A stretch of DNA of 64,000 bases, from NCBI RefSeq assembly GCF_009914755.1, contig NC_060936.1; one strand, given 5' to 3'. A program made the translations under genes and the position numbers. Of this stretch, positions 59,986 to 64,000 are shown in pieces (the stretch's first letter is position 1; each line of letters begins with the position of its first letter). Source of the DNA: the human T2T-CHM13v2.0 reference genome, Homo sapiens. Under the pieces are notes generated by a model. It was not told where the DNA came from. It searched no databases and was given only the letters and a program-made list of their open reading frames with translations.

Positions 59986-62900
59986 AGTTCAAACTATTCT
60001 TGATAAATTTTGTACAAATAAAATACATTTATTCTCAATGTTTCTAATGTTTAAAATCACAGTGTATGTAAATACTGCTTTTACTATTCTTTTATTTCCC
60101 TGTACATTCATCACGTTTATCATGTTTATTAATAAGAAAGTTTCCAATATTGCAACAATATTATTTTTGTTGCAATATTGTCACCAAATGATCTTAATTA
60201 TTCCTATTTATTATTAACATTGCTTTGCACAATTTTGGTTTGCATGATCATTTTTATAGTCCCTCACACCGTGCAAAACTAGGGCTGACTATGTCACTAT
60301 TATTTATTTTCTTAAATATTTCAAGAGATATTAATACTGTATCTCTTCTGTTGAATTAACTCCAAGTAAAAAAAAATAGCAGTCAAGTAAACAGTACTTT
60401 CCAGGGATAACTTGGGAGGTTTAGCTTAAAACACAAAACATATAAGTCTCCCAGATAGCACTGACAGAAGAAGAAAAATAAGGAAAGCAGTTGGTAGCAA
60501 AAGGAAAGAAGAATATAGACTAAATAGGGCATAGTTAACCAAGAATCAAGAAGAGGAGAAAGGTAGTAAGTATCTGCATTAATGAAAAATCTAAGTGAAT
60601 TACGTGAATGAGAAAAAATACAAAGTATAAGAAGAAGGAAAAAGTTTGTAGGCATCATACTTAAATATATGCATTCTAATCTTCATCCTTTCATTTATTA
60701 CTAGAGTGAATTTGGGAAGGTAAGTTATTTTTTATGAACTTCAACTTCATAATAATGGAGATAGCAATATACCTCACAGTGTTATGTGACCTACTGCATG
60801 TAAGTTTAATCTAGTTTGGGTAATGAGTGATGAAGAATAAGGCTTTCTTGAGAAGATGGTATTTAAACTGAGAACTGAAGGATGACTTGCCTAGGCAAAA
60901 TTTGTCAGAGTACATGGAGAGTGAATTAGCGGTGGGTTGTAAGGGAGGGATGGAGGTGAGGAAAAGGATTTAAAGCTAGTATGTTAGAGATAACCACTTA
61001 AATTGAAAATTTAAAGCTCTGGAGAAATGATTATGCCTCTTGGAGATTTAAAAACTCTCAGTTTTTAACATAAATTCATATATCTTCTCCATCCCTATCA
61101 GGAGGTGTTTCAGGATGCTGTTTAATGGAATTGTCAATAGATGGTGATATTTATAATTGGCATGAACTCCTTACTAGTATCTTGTCAGGTAAATAGATAG
61201 GTCGTAATTAGGAATGTTATTCCACAGGGCTCTAAAAAGGCAACCTCTCATTAATACAATAACACCTTATACCCGCCAGGTTAATCTTAATTTTCAAGAT
61301 GAAGTGCTGTCTTAAAGACACAGTGACCTTCCCACTTTTAATGTGCTTTTATTTCCTAAATTTGCTCTTCCGCTGCATTCTCCTCAGTCTCCCAGTTCTC
61401 TCCATTTTCAGACACAAACACATACACACACATGCATGAACAACACAGACATACACGAATGAGATATAACTTTAAATCAAGTCCTGAGGTCCTCTCAGTT
61501 CAGAGTAAGGTTAGCTAATCTGCTTTTGCTCTTGCTGCTGTATGATTATTACAGTTCAAGGATTTACTTGCACTCTAGCCACTTTTGCAGTTTGAAGGTG
61601 GATTAGTGTTGCCCTCTTACTTAAGTACTTCTCTTATAGCTAAACTTGCTTTTTGAATTTAAACTGCTTGTGTTATTTCTGCTTGATATTGAATTCAACA
61701 ATGATTCAAAAATTGATTTAGATTTTGTGTAATAGATTGGAAATAACAAGCTTAGTCTTGATTTTACAAGAAACTGTGTGACCTCAATCAGATAACTTCA
61801 TCTCTTTGGGCCAAGATTTCTTATTGATAACAAATAAGCTTGAATAAAACAATGTCTTAATTCCATTCAACACTCTATGAGTCTACGAGCTAAAAAGTTG
61901 GACAATCACCGCCAAAACCATCATATTCCCAAGATTAGCTTACCATCTAAATACACGGACTTTATTATACATAGACTATAGGTTCCATTACATCAGTCTG
62001 TAATTCTGTTTTATATATTGTTCTAGGACTTTGCTTCAGACCTCTTATGACCTCTTTGATTAGAAATATATCTTTCTAAACCATGATGTTATCTTTGTTT
62101 CACATTTATGTATCCAAGGACAACCTAGATATCTCCAATTATAGGTATCACAGAAAACTCACATCTCATATTATGCAAAACTGAAGCCTGGTGAGCCTGT
62201 GCCCCAGTGAATTTTATTCATTCCAAATGTTGAGAACCGCTGTCATAGAGAGAAAGCAAAATGTAACTGTTAATCCTATCAGTCTCCTGTAGGACATTCC
62301 TAGGAGGTTAGAGACCTAGGACAATTGGTTTTCTCTTCTGGATGAGTTCCTATACATGTAAACTGTTTGACTTAAAAATGTATTACAAAATTAATAGAAC
62401 ATATGATAAATAGTGATTTATTGATAACAATAGATAGAGAAAAGCTACTTCATCTTTGTTTATTGCCCAATCAGTGCATGAGGATTTCATATTATTGAGG
62501 AAATATTTCATATTCCTGGACCTATTTGGTCCAGCAATGACATTGCTCTTTGGAATCTTGTTTATATTGAAATAATATAAATGTCTTGCCTCTGCAATTT
62601 CCTAATACCCTTGATTTAATGCTTATTACATTATTCATGATGTGGAATCATCTGCCATACAACTATGAACATTCTATTCCAATGGCTATCTCACAGTTTA
62701 TTAATATGTTTTGTTGGTTATGATCACCAGTGTAAGTTTTACCCACGATATACAGTGAAATTTGCGCAATAATTAGATTTATGGATATATTAAATTTACC
62801 AAAGGAAATTTGTATAGTGTAAATGTAGAACAACACATCTTCCAGTAGCATTGGAAGAGTCTCAAATTCTTCAGGCCATAGTCACTAAATTCCTAGAGTG

Positions 62901-63630
62901 TGATATTTTTCAATATTCACTAAATCATACCTACCACTCCAACCCACGAGTAGGGTGGATAGGTAAGGGGCCGTCAGTAGAGAGAGAGCAGCAGTCTTGT
63001 TCATACAAGGAGGATCCATCCCATGTACTGTAAGGCTGAAGATCATGCCAAGAGAACATAAGGCCACCACATAAATTGGAGGCAAAAGAGAACAACTATC
63101 AGAAGGGCCATTAGGATTATGGAGTTATAGTCTTAAAAGCCCCTGGAGAAGATATATGCAACTGTCCCTGGAGAACTGCCTGACATGCTGTACATAGAAG
63201 GAGTTTGGAGTAAGCAGCGGGGTTGCTAGCAAGAGGAGCAACAGTGGATGCCGCAAGGTAAAAACTACTGCTGCTACCCCTGCCATGTTCTGGTGGTAAA
63301 CAAAAGAGACAGCCCTATAATTGGAACAGACACCAAGATGGACAAGAGCCAATATATAACTCTCACATACTTGGTTCAAGTCCAAGTGTTGGCATTGGAC
63401 CAATGGTAGGCTAGAGCCCTGAACTTGCCATGCCCACGAGTGACTGTCACACGGAATCAGTATGACAGTAACTTTCTGGCTGCATAATCTTGTATAATCC
63501 AAATAAAACAAATAAATATAATTTAATTATATCTAATTATATTTAATTATATATATCCTACTCTGGATAGGAGGAACTGGGGCCAGACTACAATTACTAA
63601 GCTCCTTAAGACATACCCAATGTAGAGGGT

Positions 63631-64000
63631 TCTGATGGTTAATTTTATGTGTAAGCTTCACTAGGCGAAAGGATGTTCAGATAGCTAGTACAACATTATT
63701 TCTGGGTGGGTCTATGAGGGTGCGTCCTTCCTTAAGAGATTAGCATTTGAATTAGTAGACTAAGTAAAGAAGATCCACCCTTACCAATGTTGACAGGCAT
63801 CATGCAATCTTTTGAGTGTCCAAATAGAACAGAAAGGTGGTAGAAAGGTGAATTTTGTCTTCTTGAGCTAGGATTCCTGCCCTCAGACAACCTGCCTTCA
63901 GATTCAATGTTGCTGCTTCTTGGGCCTTTGGACTCTGAAACTTACACCAATGGCTTCCTGATTCTCAGGCCTTTATCCTTCAGTTTCCAGCCAGAAGTTA
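63631..64000 (+). mobile_element. MLT2 LTR (C/D-like), runs off the window end
   Basis: tgatggttaattttatgtg..aacattatttctgggtg..gagattagcatttgaat. Confidence 0.85.

Noticed and set aside
62851-63511. GC-richer stretch with several short ORFs
   Set aside because: No splice, promoter or protein-family evidence I can support; may be an unrecognised old LTR

Overview
This is primate genomic DNA, almost certainly human because it carries an AluYa5. It is AT-rich and dominated by transposable elements. The only host gene I can support is the intronless retrogene ATXN7L3B (97-aa CDS at 49971-50264, + strand). It has a CpG-island promoter (~49560-50230), a ~3-kb 3' UTR containing the decayed remainder of the parental ATXN7L3 CDS, and tandem AATAAA signals near 53.3 kb. 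The ~49 kb upstream is a nested TE landscape: a full-length, inactivated L1PA3-type element on the - strand (14-bp TSD, open ORF0, 129-bp 5'UTR deletion), a 5'-truncated L1PA4/5, old L1M/L2/MIR fragments, many solo LTRs (THE1, MSTA, MLT1, MLT2, LTR27/MER52-group), DNA-transposon relics (HSMAR2, Kanga/MER104-like, MER47, MER58) and six Alus. Downstream of the gene are a nested MER82, MLT1E and MLT2 LTRs and two more Alus. I found no convincing evidence of a wholly new biological system. The best leads are the frameshift-derived C-terminus of ATXN7L3B, an extended CTCF site between a young AluYa5 and the promoter, candidate 5'UTR splice sites, the L1 antisense promoter/ORF0 facing the gene, and a ~170-bp-arm inverted duplication at 1261-1909. 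Repeat subfamily names and the parental protein come from my memory of consensus sequences and need RepeatMasker/BLAST confirmation.
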